Assembly: GCA_963675745.2 (NCBI GenBank)
Contig: CAXXWX010000010.1
Location: forward strand, 96,001-160,000
Length of the DNA: 64,000 nt
Reading direction: 5' to 3'
Source of the DNA: Phycisphaerae bacterium
Lineage (GTDB): Bacteria; Planctomycetota; Phycisphaerae; UBA1845; Fen-1342
Below, one piece after another: positions 10,138 through 20,230 of this stretch. The position numbers and the translations under genes were made by a program. The notes below the pieces were generated by a model that saw only the letters and a list, made by a program, of their open reading frames with translations, ran no database searches and was not told the DNA's origin. Within the stretch, counting starts at the first letter, position 1. Every line of letters starts with the position of its first letter.

Positions 10138-10437
10138 CGCCGGAGCGCCCTGGTTGTCAAGCCATCCAGACCCGGTTTTGGGTACCTCGCACGACGATCG
10201 CGTAGCCTCACGTCTTGCGCCGCAGCCTTGAAACGTGGTTCCAAGCGGCGCGTTTTCCCTCCCGCCTTCCCTCAGACTGGCGTTATTGGCTTGATCCCGT
10301 CACGGCCGCAAGGCGGTGTTCAGCGGTCGGCGAGTGTGTTAGATTTCTGCCACGGCGCGGCAAGTGGCCACTGGTCGCCGCCTCGCCAATGTCCCCGGTC
10401 CCGAGCCCACTTCGAAGTCACGTGAGGACACCTGGCC

Positions 10438-13400
10438 ATGACCTCCATTTCCAGCAGCGCCTTCATCACCGCCGTCGCGTTCGCCACGATCACTCTGCTT
10501 GGGGCCGGCTACGCCGCAACCGGTCGGCAGGGCCAGGCCGGCGGACATGAGTACAACGGAGCCTACGTCGGCGCGCACCTCAACCGCGTCGCATTCCCCA
10601 TCGGCGGCATCGGTGCCGGAATGGTCTGCCTGGACGGGACCGGCTCGATCTCGCACGTCTCCGTTCGAAACCAGATGCAGTTCTTCAACGAGCCGCATTC
10701 GTTCGCCGCCATTTGCGTCCGAGGGCCCGACGGCAACACAGCCAAAGTTCTTGAAGGGCCCGTGCCGGACTGGAAGGTCTTCGGCGGCGCCGCGACCGGC
10801 AACGGGGCGGCGGGCACGACGTACGGGTTGCCGCGTTTCGACGAGGCGACGTTTTTGCCGCGTTTTCCGTTCGGCACGGTGACGCTCAGCGATAAGGAGA
10901 TCCCACTCCAGGTGGAGTTGACCGGCTGGAGCCCGTTCCTGCCCGGATGTGCTGATGACTCGAGCTTACCCGTCGGAGCGCTTGAGTATCGCTTCAAGAA
11001 CGCCGGCCGAGAGACCGTCGAAGCCGTCTTCTCGTACAACACCAAGAACTTCATGGCCACCGGCGGCAGCGGCGACACCATCCTGCCGATCGACAACGGC
11101 TTCGTGCTCTGGCAGGCCGGTACCGAAGAAAACCCGGAACACGAAGGCGGATACGCCGTGTTCGTCGACGATGCCAAAGCCGTCGTGGATCATTGCTGGT
11201 TCAAGGGCGGCTGGTGGGACGCGGTGACGCTCGCCTGGCGGAACGTCCAGGAAGGGCGACTCGTGGACAACCCGCCGCAGCAAGGGCGATGTCCGGGCGC
11301 ATCGCTGTTCGTGCCGTTCACACTGCGACCGGGCGAGGAGCGCACCGTTCGCCTGATGATCGCCTGGTATGTTCCTCGCACGACGTTGCGTCTCGGGCGC
11401 GACGCGCCCGGCCCGGCGTTTGCCCCCGGACCGTCGCACGGCACCGCGACAGGCCAGCAGGAAGTCACCGGATTTGTCGGCGCGGGACTGGTCAACACGT
11501 TCGATCCGTCGGGCGACGAGGCGATCGGTACACTGACCTCACCCGTGTTCGAGCTGACGCGCGACTACATTCAGTTCCTCATCGGCGGCGGAAGCCACAG
11601 CGGCAAGACTTGCATCCAGGTGCTGATCGGCGACGAAGTCGTCCGCTCCGCCACGGGCAGGAACACCGAGGGGCTGGAATGGACCACGTGGGATGTCGCC
11701 GATCTGAAGGGGAAGCGCGCCCGCATCCGTATCGTCGACCAGGAACGCGGCGGCTGGGGGCACGTCAATGTCGACCAGATCGTGCTGACCAACAAGCGCT
11801 GGCTCGATGCCGACGAGCTTATGAAGAGCAAGGCCGCATGGGATGACACCGTCACGGTGCTGGCTGATTTCGAGGCCGCCGATTATGGCGAATGGGTCGC
11901 GGAAGGGCCGGCGGCGCCGGATGCGACCACGTGCTGCCCGGTCGCGGAGCATCACTCGCCCTGGTACGCCGGCCGCTTCAAGAGCATCAACGAAGTCGCG
12001 AAGTACTGGCGTGATGACTATGACCGGCTGCGCCGCGAGTCGGCACTGTTCCGTGACACGTTCTATGACACGACGCTGCCCGCCGAAGTGATCGAGGCAG
12101 TGGCCGCCAACCTGACGATTCTCAAGTCGCCGACCGTGATGCGACAAACCGACGGTCGCCTGTGGTGTTTCGAAGGGTGCAGCGACGATCACGGCTGCTG
12201 CCACGGCTCGTGTACGCACGTCTGGAACTACGCCCAGGCCATTTGCCACCTGTTTCCCGACCTGGAACGCTCGCTGCGTCAGACCGAGTTCCACGAGAGC
12301 CAGGACGAGCGCGGGCACCAGATGTTCCGTTCCTGCCTGCCGATCCGGCCCGTCGCCCACACGTTCCACGCCGCCGCCGACGGCCAGCTCGGCGGAATCA
12401 TGAAGGTCTACCGCGAGTGGCGCGTATCGGGCGACAGCGCCTGGCTGCGGGCAATCTGGCCACAGGTCAAACAAAGCCTCGACTATTGCAGCAAGACTTG
12501 GGACCCGCGCGGGCGCGGCGTTTTGGAAGAGCCGCACCACAACACGTACGACATCGAATACTGGGGCCCGGACGGCCATTGCTCGAGCTTCTACCTGGGA
12601 GCCCTGACCGCCGCGATCGAAATGGGTTCGTTCCTCGGCGACGACGTGTCACACTATCGCACGTTGCTGGACAACGGCCGCGCGTTCATGGAAACGAAGC
12701 TCTACAACGGCGAGTATTTCTACCAGCAGGTGCAGACCGAGGGGCTCGACGCGAAGTTCGACGCGCTCGATGTGTCGGCCAACGGGCCCGGCTACGGCGA
12801 GATCATAGCCGCGCTCAACGAGCAGGGGCCGAAGTATCAGTATGGCACCGGCTGTCTTTCGGATGGCGTGCTCGGCTTCTGGATGGCGCGGGTCTGTGGC
12901 CTGGATCAAGACATTGTCGATGCGGCGAAGGTGCGCAGTAATCTGCTGGCGATTCACCGCTACAACCTGCGGCGTGACCTCTCCGATCACGCCAACCCGC
13001 AACGGCCCGCGTTCGCCCTCGGCCGCGACGGCGGCCTGCTACTGTGTACGTGGCCGCACGGCGGCACGCCGGCATTGCCGTTCGTGTACAGCGACGAAGT
13101 CTGGACCGGCATCGAGTACCAGGCCGCCGCGCACATGATGATGGTCGGCCTGGTCGACGAGGGTCTGGAGATCGTCCGCATCGCGCGCGACCGCTACGAC
13201 GGCCGCGTGCGCAACCCGTTCAACGAGTACGAGTGCGGCCACTGGTACGCGCGGGCGCTGTCGAGCTATGCGCTGCTGCAGGGACTGACCGGCGCACGCT
13301 ACGACGCGGTCGACAAGATTCTGTACATAGACTCGCGCATCGGCGACAGCTTCCGCAGCTTCCTCGCCACCGCGACCGGCTTCGGCACAGTTGGCCTGGA

Positions 13401-13539
13401 GCGCGGCAAGCCGTTCCTCGATGTGAAGCGCGGGCACATCGACGTGGAGAAGGTACTCGTCTCTGGCCGACCGAGTTCGCTGAAAATGAGCCAGGGGATG
13501 GCGGCGCCAGCGACGCGCCCTGGGGAGCCCGGTCGGTAA
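10438..13539 (+). CDS. GH116-family glycoside hydrolase with an inserted beta-sandwich module
   Basis: FPIGGIGAG, FEG...CCHGSCTHVWNYAQ, AADGQLG, HNTYDIE, YSDEVWTGIEY, RNPFNEYECGHWYARA. Confidence 0.88.
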   Translation: MTSISSSAFITAVAFATITLLGAGYAATGRQGQAGGHEYNGAYVGAHLNRVAFPIGGIGAGMVCLDGTGSISHVSVRNQMQFFNEPHSFAAICVRGPDGNTAKVLEGPVPDWKVFGGAATGNGAAGTTYGLPRFDEATFLPRFPFGTVTLSDKEIPLQVELTGWSPFLPGCADDSSLPVGALEYRFKNAGRETVEAVFSYNTKNFMATGGSGDTILPIDNGFVLWQAGTEENPEHEGGYAVFVDDAKAVVDHCWFKGGWWDAVTLAWRNVQEGRLVDNPPQQGRCPGASLFVPFTLRPGEERTVRLMIAWYVPRTTLRLGRDAPGPAFAPGPSHGTATGQQEVTGFVGAGLVNTFDPSGDEAIGTLTSPVFELTRDYIQFLIGGGSHSGKTCIQVLIGDEVVRSATGRNTEGLEWTTWDVADLKGKRARIRIVDQERGGWGHVNVDQIVLTNKRWLDADELMKSKAAWDDTVTVLADFEAADYGEWVAEGPAAPDATTCCPVAEHHSPWYAGRFKSINEVAKYWRDDYDRLRRESALFRDTFYDTTLPAEVIEAVAANLTILKSPTVMRQTDGRLWCFEGCSDDHGCCHGSCTHVWNYAQAICHLFPDLERSLRQTEFHESQDERGHQMFRSCLPIRPVAHTFHAAADGQLGGIMKVYREWRVSGDSAWLRAIWPQVKQSLDYCSKTWDPRGRGVLEEPHHNTYDIEYWGPDGHCSSFYLGALTAAIEMGSFLGDDVSHYRTLLDNGRAFMETKLYNGEYFYQQVQTEGLDAKFDALDVSANGPGYGEIIAALNEQGPKYQYGTGCLSDGVLGFWMARVCGLDQDIVDAAKVRSNLLAIHRYNLRRDLSDHANPQRPAFALGRDGGLLLCTWPHGGTPALPFVYSDEVWTGIEYQAAAHMMMVGLVDEGLEIVRIARDRYDGRVRNPFNEYECGHWYARALSSYALLQGLTGARYDAVDKILYIDSRIGDSFRSFLATATGFGTVGLERGKPFLDVKRGHIDVEKVLVSGRPSSLKMSQGMAAPATRPGEPGR

Positions 13540-13895
13540 TGCAGGCGCCGGTCAATCGCCCGCGTCAACGCTTGAGCTTCTATCGAGGAGATCTCCTGGT
13601 GGGTGTGTCTCGCCGAGCGGCCCGCAATCACCGAATGCGCGAGATCAGACTGTTGAAAACGGGCCGCCCGAGGTGTGTGGCGTTGGTCCGATTGGCGAGC
13701 TTGGCGAGATTCCCGGTATCACGTCGTCACCACGGCTGAGTCTCATCGCGCGCTTTGGAATCGCCTTTGATGATGGCATGGATTTCGGCAGGCGGCACGA
13801 CCACGCCTTCAGCGAATCACCGCGGTTCGCTTTTCCCTCTCCCCATTCACCCCGTCTGTTGCACAGCAATTTGACAACGCTACACTTAGTCCATC

Positions 13896-13968
13896 GCCAC
13901 CGTAGCTCAATTGGCAGAGCAGCGGTTTTGTAAACCGCAGGTTTTCGGTTCGAGTCCGATCGGTGGCT
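13896..13968 (+). tRNA. tRNA-Thr (anticodon UGU), CCA not encoded
   Basis: Acceptor stem GCCACCG/CGGTGGC, D-arm, anticodon arm GCGGT-TTTGTAA-ACCGC and T-loop TTCGAGT. Confidence 0.97.
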
Positions 13969-14217
13969 ATCCTGCCGTACGCCGCGCCGGTTTGCTCGGC
14001 TTCGGGCTCAGATTGCCGGGGCCATTGCCGGGCGTCTGCGGGGGCGCGTTTGGGGAACGTACAACTTGAACGCAACGCCCCGACGTCCCTGTTCCAACGC
14101 AACTTACTCTCGGTCTTATGGTCCCATCTCAATCCGTATGCCGTCACCGGATCGGCGTGCCATTGTTGCTCCAGAGCTCATTTGGCGTGCTGGAGATTGG
14201 TGCGTTGTCATCAACAG

Positions 14218-14625
14218 TCAAGTTGGAGGGCATGAGTCGTCCACTTCACCACTGTCCATACCCCGTAGATGCTGCTCGACTTCCTCCGCGAACGAATACG
14301 GATTAATGGGTTTCTCGATATAGCCGTTGCAGCCGGCTGCAAGAATCCGCTCGCGATCCCCAGCCATGGCGTACGAGGTGACCGCGACGATGGGGATTCC
14401 GTCGAGGCCCGGGTTGCTGCGCAGGGCGCGCGCCACGGCGTAACCGTCCATCACGGGCAATTGTATGTCCAGCAGGATCAAGGCCGGCATGATCTCGCTC
14501 GCCAACGCGATGCCCTCGCGACCGTCCCGGGCCGGGACAACCTCATGACCGTTCTTCTCGAGAATCCGAGTTACCAGGTAGAGATTCTGCTCATTGTCTT
14601 CGACGACCAGGATGCGATGAGCCAT
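14218..14625 (-). CDS. Single-domain response regulator (DivK/CheY-like)
   Basis: ILVVEDN, LLDIQLPVMDG, AVTSYAM, YIEKPI; start overlaps the upstream stop codon. Confidence 0.92.
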   Translation of the reverse strand: MAHRILVVEDNEQNLYLVTRILEKNGHEVVPARDGREGIALASEIMPALILLDIQLPVMDGYAVARALRSNPGLDGIPIVAVTSYAMAGDRERILAAGCNGYIEKPINPYSFAEEVEQHLRGMDSGEVDDSCPPT

Positions 14626-17600
14626 CACATACTCCCCGTGTTTGTCACCGGAATCGCAAAAGTGAACGTGCTGCCGATGCCCCACTCGCTGTCGACTTCA
14701 ATGTTGCCGCCGAGCATCTCGACCAATTTCCTGCAGATCGACAGTCCCAGACCGGTCCCCTCGGCCTTGCGGGACAGTCCGTTGTCGAGTTGGTGGAACG
14801 AATCGAAAAGGCGGCGCATATTCTCGCGTTTGATGCCGATGCCGGTATCGGTGACGCGTGTCTCCAGGCGATCTCCTTGAATGGCGCAGGTGATTCGCAC
14901 GCTGCCTCGTTGGGTAAATTTGATGGCGTTGTTGACCAGGTTGATCAGGATCTGCTCGACGCGCCGCGCGTCGCTGCAAATCCGCTCGACGCCCGGCGCC
15001 ACGGCGCCTTCCAGCGTCAACCCTCTCTTGTCAGCCAGCGGTTGCAGGGTTTGTACGACCCGGTCCACGATCTCGGACACATCAAACGGCTCGATACGCA
15101 GTTCCACCGCCCCGGCTTCGATCCTGGACAGGTCGAGGACGTCGTTGATCAGACTCAAGAGGTGCTTGGCACTGCGCTCCACCATGCCCATCTGTGTGGC
15201 CTGTTCCTCGTTGAGCGGGCCGTCAAACTCCTGCAACAGCATCCCCGTGAAGCCGATGATCGAGTTCAGGGGCGTGCGCAGCTCATGTGACATTGCCGCC
15301 AAAAACGCTGATTTGAGCCGGTCGGATTCCTCGGCCCGGTCCTTGGCAACCGCCAGTTCCGCCGTGCGCTCCTCCACCAGATCCGCGAGATGTTCACGAT
15401 GCCTCGTCAGCTCCTCCTCCGCCAGCTTGCGCTGTGAGATGTCTGTGACGAACGCGAGTAGCAGCTCCTCTCCGTCAAACTCGAAGTAATTCGTCGTTAT
15501 CTGTACGGGAAACACGTGGCCGTCCTTGCGGCGATGGCGCGACTCGAAGTCCAGCACGCGGGCGTCTTTCAGTTTCCGCCACCCCGCGGACCAGTAGTCG
15601 GCCGGCCAGTCCGGATCGAAATCGGGAACGGACAGGCTGAGCAGCTCTTCCTTCGTGTATCCCAGTTGTAGACACGTCGCCTCGTTCGCGGCCGACAGGC
15701 TGCCATCCGGGCGAATCAAGTAAATGGCCGTGCCGCAGTTGTCAATGGCGTACTGGGTCAAACGCAGCGCCTGCTCCGCCCGCTTCGCGTCATCGAGCAG
15801 GTTCAGGGCAGCCTTCCGCTGCGACTCAAGCTCCCCCTGTTTTCGCCGCAGCGCTGCCAGGCTGTTCTCCGCCCGCAGCCTGGCGACGCCCAACACGCCC
15901 GACACTTCCGCCACACTGGTTAGAAACGACAGTATCGGCGACAGCCGCTCGGCCGTAATCACCGGCGCCTCGCGCACGGCGCGGAGGTAGTCGCTCTCGT
16001 CGAAACCGTATTCCCGCGCCTGCGAACGGAACATCTCCTCATCCGGTTCGCTGCTGTGGAACTGCCCGACGAAGGCGTTGGCGACGTGACGTCCTTCCAC
16101 CATGATGGGCGCCGCGGCGTCCGTCATTCCGTTGCGACATTGGTACACCGCGTACGGCTTGCCTTCCTGGACCAGGTTGGCGAGGCAGGTGTCGCTCTCG
16201 ATGCACCTGCTGCAGGTGGCCTCGTTCACTCGGTGGTAGTCCGTGCAGACCCGCTGCCAGTTGGCGCTGCACAGCACGCTCCCATCCAGGTCAATGATGG
16301 CCGACGAAACGCCGACGACCTTGCAGAAGCTATCGAGGACGTGCTGCAGGGCGGTCACGTTGAGCCAGTTCTTGAGCTCCGTACCCACGGCACCGGAGGG
16401 TGGCGCGGGCGGCCTCTCCGGGTCGGCCGGCCTCTCCGGGCTCTTGTCGTAGACCGGCCCTCGGCCCAGTTCGACGGACAGCGCGTTCACCTCTTCCTTC
16501 ATCTCCAACAAGCGTTCTTCGCGCCCGACCATCGCCCGGTTGAAAGCGGCGAGATCCTCCTCGGCCTTCCTGCGCTTGGTGATGTCTCGCCCCGATTCGA
16601 TGATCTGAACCACGTTGCCGTTCTCGTCGAAGACCGGCACCGCGACCAGCTCGACCGTAGCGGGTTTGCCGCCGACCTCATGGTGGACGTGCTCCACCAC
16701 GACTGAGGCCTTCGTCGCTATGACTTCTTCGAGCGGGCAGGGTGATTGGCTGCCGCGACACGGAGTCTCGCTTCCATGGCACAGTTGATGGCACTTGATG
16801 CAGGAAGAAAGCGTCTCGCCCGTGGCGCACCGGCTACGTAATATGCGGTTGGCCATTGCGATTGTGTGGTCGCGATTGATGACCATCAGGCTTTCGGGCA
16901 GACCGTCGATGACGGTCTGCATCACGGCCGCGGCACGCTCGCGCTGCTCGCGCGCCAATACGGACTGCGCCAGTCGCGCTTTCAGACGCACCATCCGCAA
17001 CGAAAAGAGAACGATCAGGATCATCAGGAGAAAGATGCTGAGCAGCCAGAGTCCGTACTGGCGCAGCATATTGCTCAGCGTGACTTTCCCGTAGTCCTCG
17101 TAGGGAGACACACGGAGGTCCATCAGGCATTCGCGGACGGATTGGTAGCTTTGAGGGATAGTCCAACCTCCGCACTGGGCGGCCTGAGCCGCCGGGCTCT
17201 GCGCCGGCATTTGCAGCAAGGCGACGGTGACCTGCTCGGCCAGACTGTCCCGGGTGTATGGCGATTTGGCCATTGGCCATTCCGGGTAGTGCGGCGTGGA
17301 GTGTATGAACTTGACTTCCCCGTCGCAGCCCTCGTGACGCATCAGGATCCGAAAGTCGTCCAGCCGGATGCTTCCCTCGTGCGCCATTCGCTCCAGAGTA
17401 TCGCTGCGCACGCAGCCCGCATCGACTTCCCCGTCACTTACCGCGTGGACGACGGCGTCGTGGGTGCCGCCAAAACGCAGTTCCGCGAAAGCGCTGTGTG
17501 GGTCGATGCCGCGCCGTTTGAGCTCACGCCACACCATGTGCCAACCGCCGAGCGAGCGCGGATCGACTGCCATAAACACGCGGTTGTTCAGGTCTTCGAT

Positions 17601-18215
17601 TTGCTGGAGGTCATCGCGGTCGGCACGACAGAAGATAACCCCGGCAAAGAACTTGTGCGTCGTACCGGATGAATGCAGATTGCGCAGCGTGGCGATGCGC
17701 CTGGCGCCGAGGCGAACCTCCATGTCGACGTAGTAGGAGGGGTTTGCCAGAAAGAACTCCACTTCCTCTCGAATCACTGCGTCGCGAATCTCGTCGAATT
17801 CGAGCGGGACAATGACAAACCTGTGGTCGGGGATAGCCGCGGAGAGATACTCGGCCGTAGGCCCCCATTGCGTGAGACACCGCGCACTCCCCCGTTTGGC
17901 AAGCACTCCAATCCGGACGGGCTGATCCGGCCGCTCAGCTTTCGCAGCGTCCTCTTGTCCAAGTGCGCATGCGTGACTCAATGCGAGGCAAACCGCGGCG
18001 GACAGCACCGTGGCTCTCGTCCTCGTACGATTCGATGGCGATCCCACGAGTCTCTCCGTATGAGCCGCCGCGCGCGGACAAACGGTCGAGCATTTGGTGT
18101 GGGCCGAGAGGGTCTCGGCCGGGAACTCGCCTGGTCCCTGACCGATCTTCGGTCCCGCATCCCCACAGCAAGGCTGAATCTCAAATGTGGACACCGAATC
18201 GCGCATGTGCGTCAT
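14625..18215 (-). CDS. Histidine kinase with PhnD-like solute-binding, PAS, PocR and PAS domains
   Basis: PhnD-like VRIGVL...GTHDAVV...DAG, one TM segment, PAS, PocR (C..YHR...CIESD...YQCRNGMTDAAAPI), PAS and MSHELRTPLN. Start uncertain. Confidence 0.88.
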   Translation of the reverse strand: MTHMRDSVSTFEIQPCCGDAGPKIGQGPGEFPAETLSAHTKCSTVCPRAAAHTERLVGSPSNRTRTRATVLSAAVCLALSHACALGQEDAAKAERPDQPVRIGVLAKRGSARCLTQWGPTAEYLSAAIPDHRFVIVPLEFDEIRDAVIREEVEFFLANPSYYVDMEVRLGARRIATLRNLHSSGTTHKFFAGVIFCRADRDDLQQIEDLNNRVFMAVDPRSLGGWHMVWRELKRRGIDPHSAFAELRFGGTHDAVVHAVSDGEVDAGCVRSDTLERMAHEGSIRLDDFRILMRHEGCDGEVKFIHSTPHYPEWPMAKSPYTRDSLAEQVTVALLQMPAQSPAAQAAQCGGWTIPQSYQSVRECLMDLRVSPYEDYGKVTLSNMLRQYGLWLLSIFLLMILIVLFSLRMVRLKARLAQSVLAREQRERAAAVMQTVIDGLPESLMVINRDHTIAMANRILRSRCATGETLSSCIKCHQLCHGSETPCRGSQSPCPLEEVIATKASVVVEHVHHEVGGKPATVELVAVPVFDENGNVVQIIESGRDITKRRKAEEDLAAFNRAMVGREERLLEMKEEVNALSVELGRGPVYDKSPERPADPERPPAPPSGAVGTELKNWLNVTALQHVLDSFCKVVGVSSAIIDLDGSVLCSANWQRVCTDYHRVNEATCSRCIESDTCLANLVQEGKPYAVYQCRNGMTDAAAPIMVEGRHVANAFVGQFHSSEPDEEMFRSQAREYGFDESDYLRAVREAPVITAERLSPILSFLTSVAEVSGVLGVARLRAENSLAALRRKQGELESQRKAALNLLDDAKRAEQALRLTQYAIDNCGTAIYLIRPDGSLSAANEATCLQLGYTKEELLSLSVPDFDPDWPADYWSAGWRKLKDARVLDFESRHRRKDGHVFPVQITTNYFEFDGEELLLAFVTDISQRKLAEEELTRHREHLADLVEERTAELAVAKDRAEESDRLKSAFLAAMSHELRTPLNSIIGFTGMLLQEFDGPLNEEQATQMGMVERSAKHLLSLINDVLDLSRIEAGAVELRIEPFDVSEIVDRVVQTLQPLADKRGLTLEGAVAPGVERICSDARRVEQILINLVNNAIKFTQRGSVRITCAIQGDRLETRVTDTGIGIKRENMRRLFDSFHQLDNGLSRKAEGTGLGLSICRKLVEMLGGNIEVDSEWGIGSTFTFAIPVTNTGSM

Positions 18216-18370
18216 GTCCGACACCCCCTTGCGGCTCGACTCCAGTTCATCGTCGATCGGCTCGACAGGGCGAGCCGCCGGCACTTCCTACTCGAATGCT
18301 GCAACCGCCAGGGGGCAGGGGAGTCGCCGGACCGAATCGTGCTATGCAACGCAAGCGTGCACGCCGTGGT

Positions 18371-20137
18371 TCAGACGTCGCTCGCGGTCGCACCACCGAT
18401 GGTTCGTTGGCTTCCCGCTGCCTGGTCCGAGGGTGCTGTCACACGCTTCGGCTCGTCCAGTGTTTTACGTACGCAACGCAGGAGATCTCGGCGACCAAAC
18501 GGCTTATCGAGGATCCTGACATTGTGAGCCAGCGCCCCCATATCGGCAAGAACGTCAGACGCGTACCCTGACATGAATACGGTCTTGAGGCGCGGGTACA
18601 GAGCTTCCATTTCCTCCGCCAACTGTCGGCCGTTCAATCCCTGCATAATGACGTCGGTAAGCAGGAGGTCGATCGGCTTGGTACACGTTCTGGCCAGTTG
18701 TAAGGCCGGCTCACCTCCCTCAGCGACAACGATCGTATAGCCCGCCTCCTGGAGCATCTGAACCGTCAGTTGGCGTACGAACTCGTCATCCTCACAGACT
18801 AAAATCGTCTCTGTGCCCCCTTGTACGGGCAGTTGATCGCGGGCCACTTCCCCTTCGTCTGGCTGCGTCTCCGAAACGGGGAAGTAGACCTTGAATGTGG
18901 TCCCCTTGCCAGGCGCTGTATCGAACGTCATATGACCACCAGCCTTGCTGATGATGCCGTAGACCGTCGCCAATCCCAAACCCGTTCCCTCGCCAACCGG
19001 CTTGGTGGTGAAGAACGGCTCCAGAGCATGTACGGCCGTTGCCTCGCTCATGCCGTCGCCCGTGTCGGTTACCGTGAGTAGGACGCGCGGCCCTACACGC
19101 GCTTCGGGATGGGTGCCGGCATATGCATCGTCGACCACTACGTTCGACGTCCGCAGAGTCAGCGAGCCGCCGCTCCGCATGGCGTCACGAGCATTGACGA
19201 CAAGGTTCATGATGACCTGTTCAACTTGTCCCGCATCGGCGTATATCCGCTTGAGGTCCGACGCGCACACCATCTCGAGCGAGATTGCCTCGGGAATCAG
19301 TCGCCGAAGCATCGGCTCGAACTCCGTGAGAAGGCGGTTGAGATCCAATACTTCAGGACGAGCGGTATCCCGGCGGCTAAAGATGAGCAATTGCCGTGTT
19401 AACGACGCCGCGCGTTCAGCACATAATTGAATCTGCTCAAGCCCATTGCGCACCACGGCAGGGTCTGGATCAGAACAACGCAGTATGTTCAGAGTAAGTT
19501 CCGCATTGCCGAAGATGGCGGTCACAATGTTGTTGAAGTCGTGGGCGACACCGCCGGCCAGGCGCCCGATGGCCTCCATCTTCTGCGCGTGTCGCAGTTG
19601 CGCTTCCAATTCGGCGTTCTGTTCTTCGGCACGCTGGCGTTCACGTATCTCGGACTCGAGATCGCGGACCTTCTTCTGGAGCTTGCGTGCCAGGCTCGCC
19701 GCGTGTTGCCGCTCAAACTCCTCCGCGCCGCTTGCCTGTGTGCCCGGAGCGGATGAGTCCGGCCGCCCGCTTCCAGCGACGGTTTCTTCGATGAGCGCTA
19801 ACAGTTTCTCGGGAGGTTCCGGCTTGATGACAAAGCGATCTGCTCCGAGGCTGAGAGCGAACTCCTCGTCTTTGGAATCCGTGTATGTCGCTGTGTAGAA
19901 GACGAATGGCGTGCCCCGTAACAGTGGATCGGTCTTCCACCGGCGGCACAGCTCGAAGCCGTCCATCTCCGGCATGAGGATGTCGGTGACTATGACATCC
20001 GGTGTGTCGCCCTCCGCCCGCGACAGCGCTTCCACGCCGTTCGATGCCGTGATCACCTGGTGCCCATGCCCCTCCAACAGCGACCGCAGCATGTACCGAC
20101 TCTGCTCGTTGTCGTCCACAATCAGTATGCGACTCAT
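18371..20137 (-). CDS. Hybrid kinase REC-HisKA-HATPase-REC
   Basis: N-terminal REC, GGVAHDFNN, EPFFTTK..GEGTGLGL and C-terminal REC. Confidence 0.92.
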   Translation of the reverse strand: MSRILIVDDNEQSRYMLRSLLEGHGHQVITASNGVEALSRAEGDTPDVIVTDILMPEMDGFELCRRWKTDPLLRGTPFVFYTATYTDSKDEEFALSLGADRFVIKPEPPEKLLALIEETVAGSGRPDSSAPGTQASGAEEFERQHAASLARKLQKKVRDLESEIRERQRAEEQNAELEAQLRHAQKMEAIGRLAGGVAHDFNNIVTAIFGNAELTLNILRCSDPDPAVVRNGLEQIQLCAERAASLTRQLLIFSRRDTARPEVLDLNRLLTEFEPMLRRLIPEAISLEMVCASDLKRIYADAGQVEQVIMNLVVNARDAMRSGGSLTLRTSNVVVDDAYAGTHPEARVGPRVLLTVTDTGDGMSEATAVHALEPFFTTKPVGEGTGLGLATVYGIISKAGGHMTFDTAPGKGTTFKVYFPVSETQPDEGEVARDQLPVQGGTETILVCEDDEFVRQLTVQMLQEAGYTIVVAEGGEPALQLARTCTKPIDLLLTDVIMQGLNGRQLAEEMEALYPRLKTVFMSGYASDVLADMGALAHNVRILDKPFGRRDLLRCVRKTLDEPKRVTAPSDQAAGSQRTIGGATASDV

Positions 20138-20230
20138 TCCGTTCCTCCCTCGACGTGCTGGCCTACGGGCGCGTAACCGCGTGGTAGCTCTGCTCGTTGT
20201 CGTCCACTGCCCCTATCCTGTCCGCCTACT

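Noticed and set aside
13640..13670. IS-end-like CAGACTGTTGAAAAC
   Set aside because: No partner inverted repeat or transposase was found nearby; too short to support.
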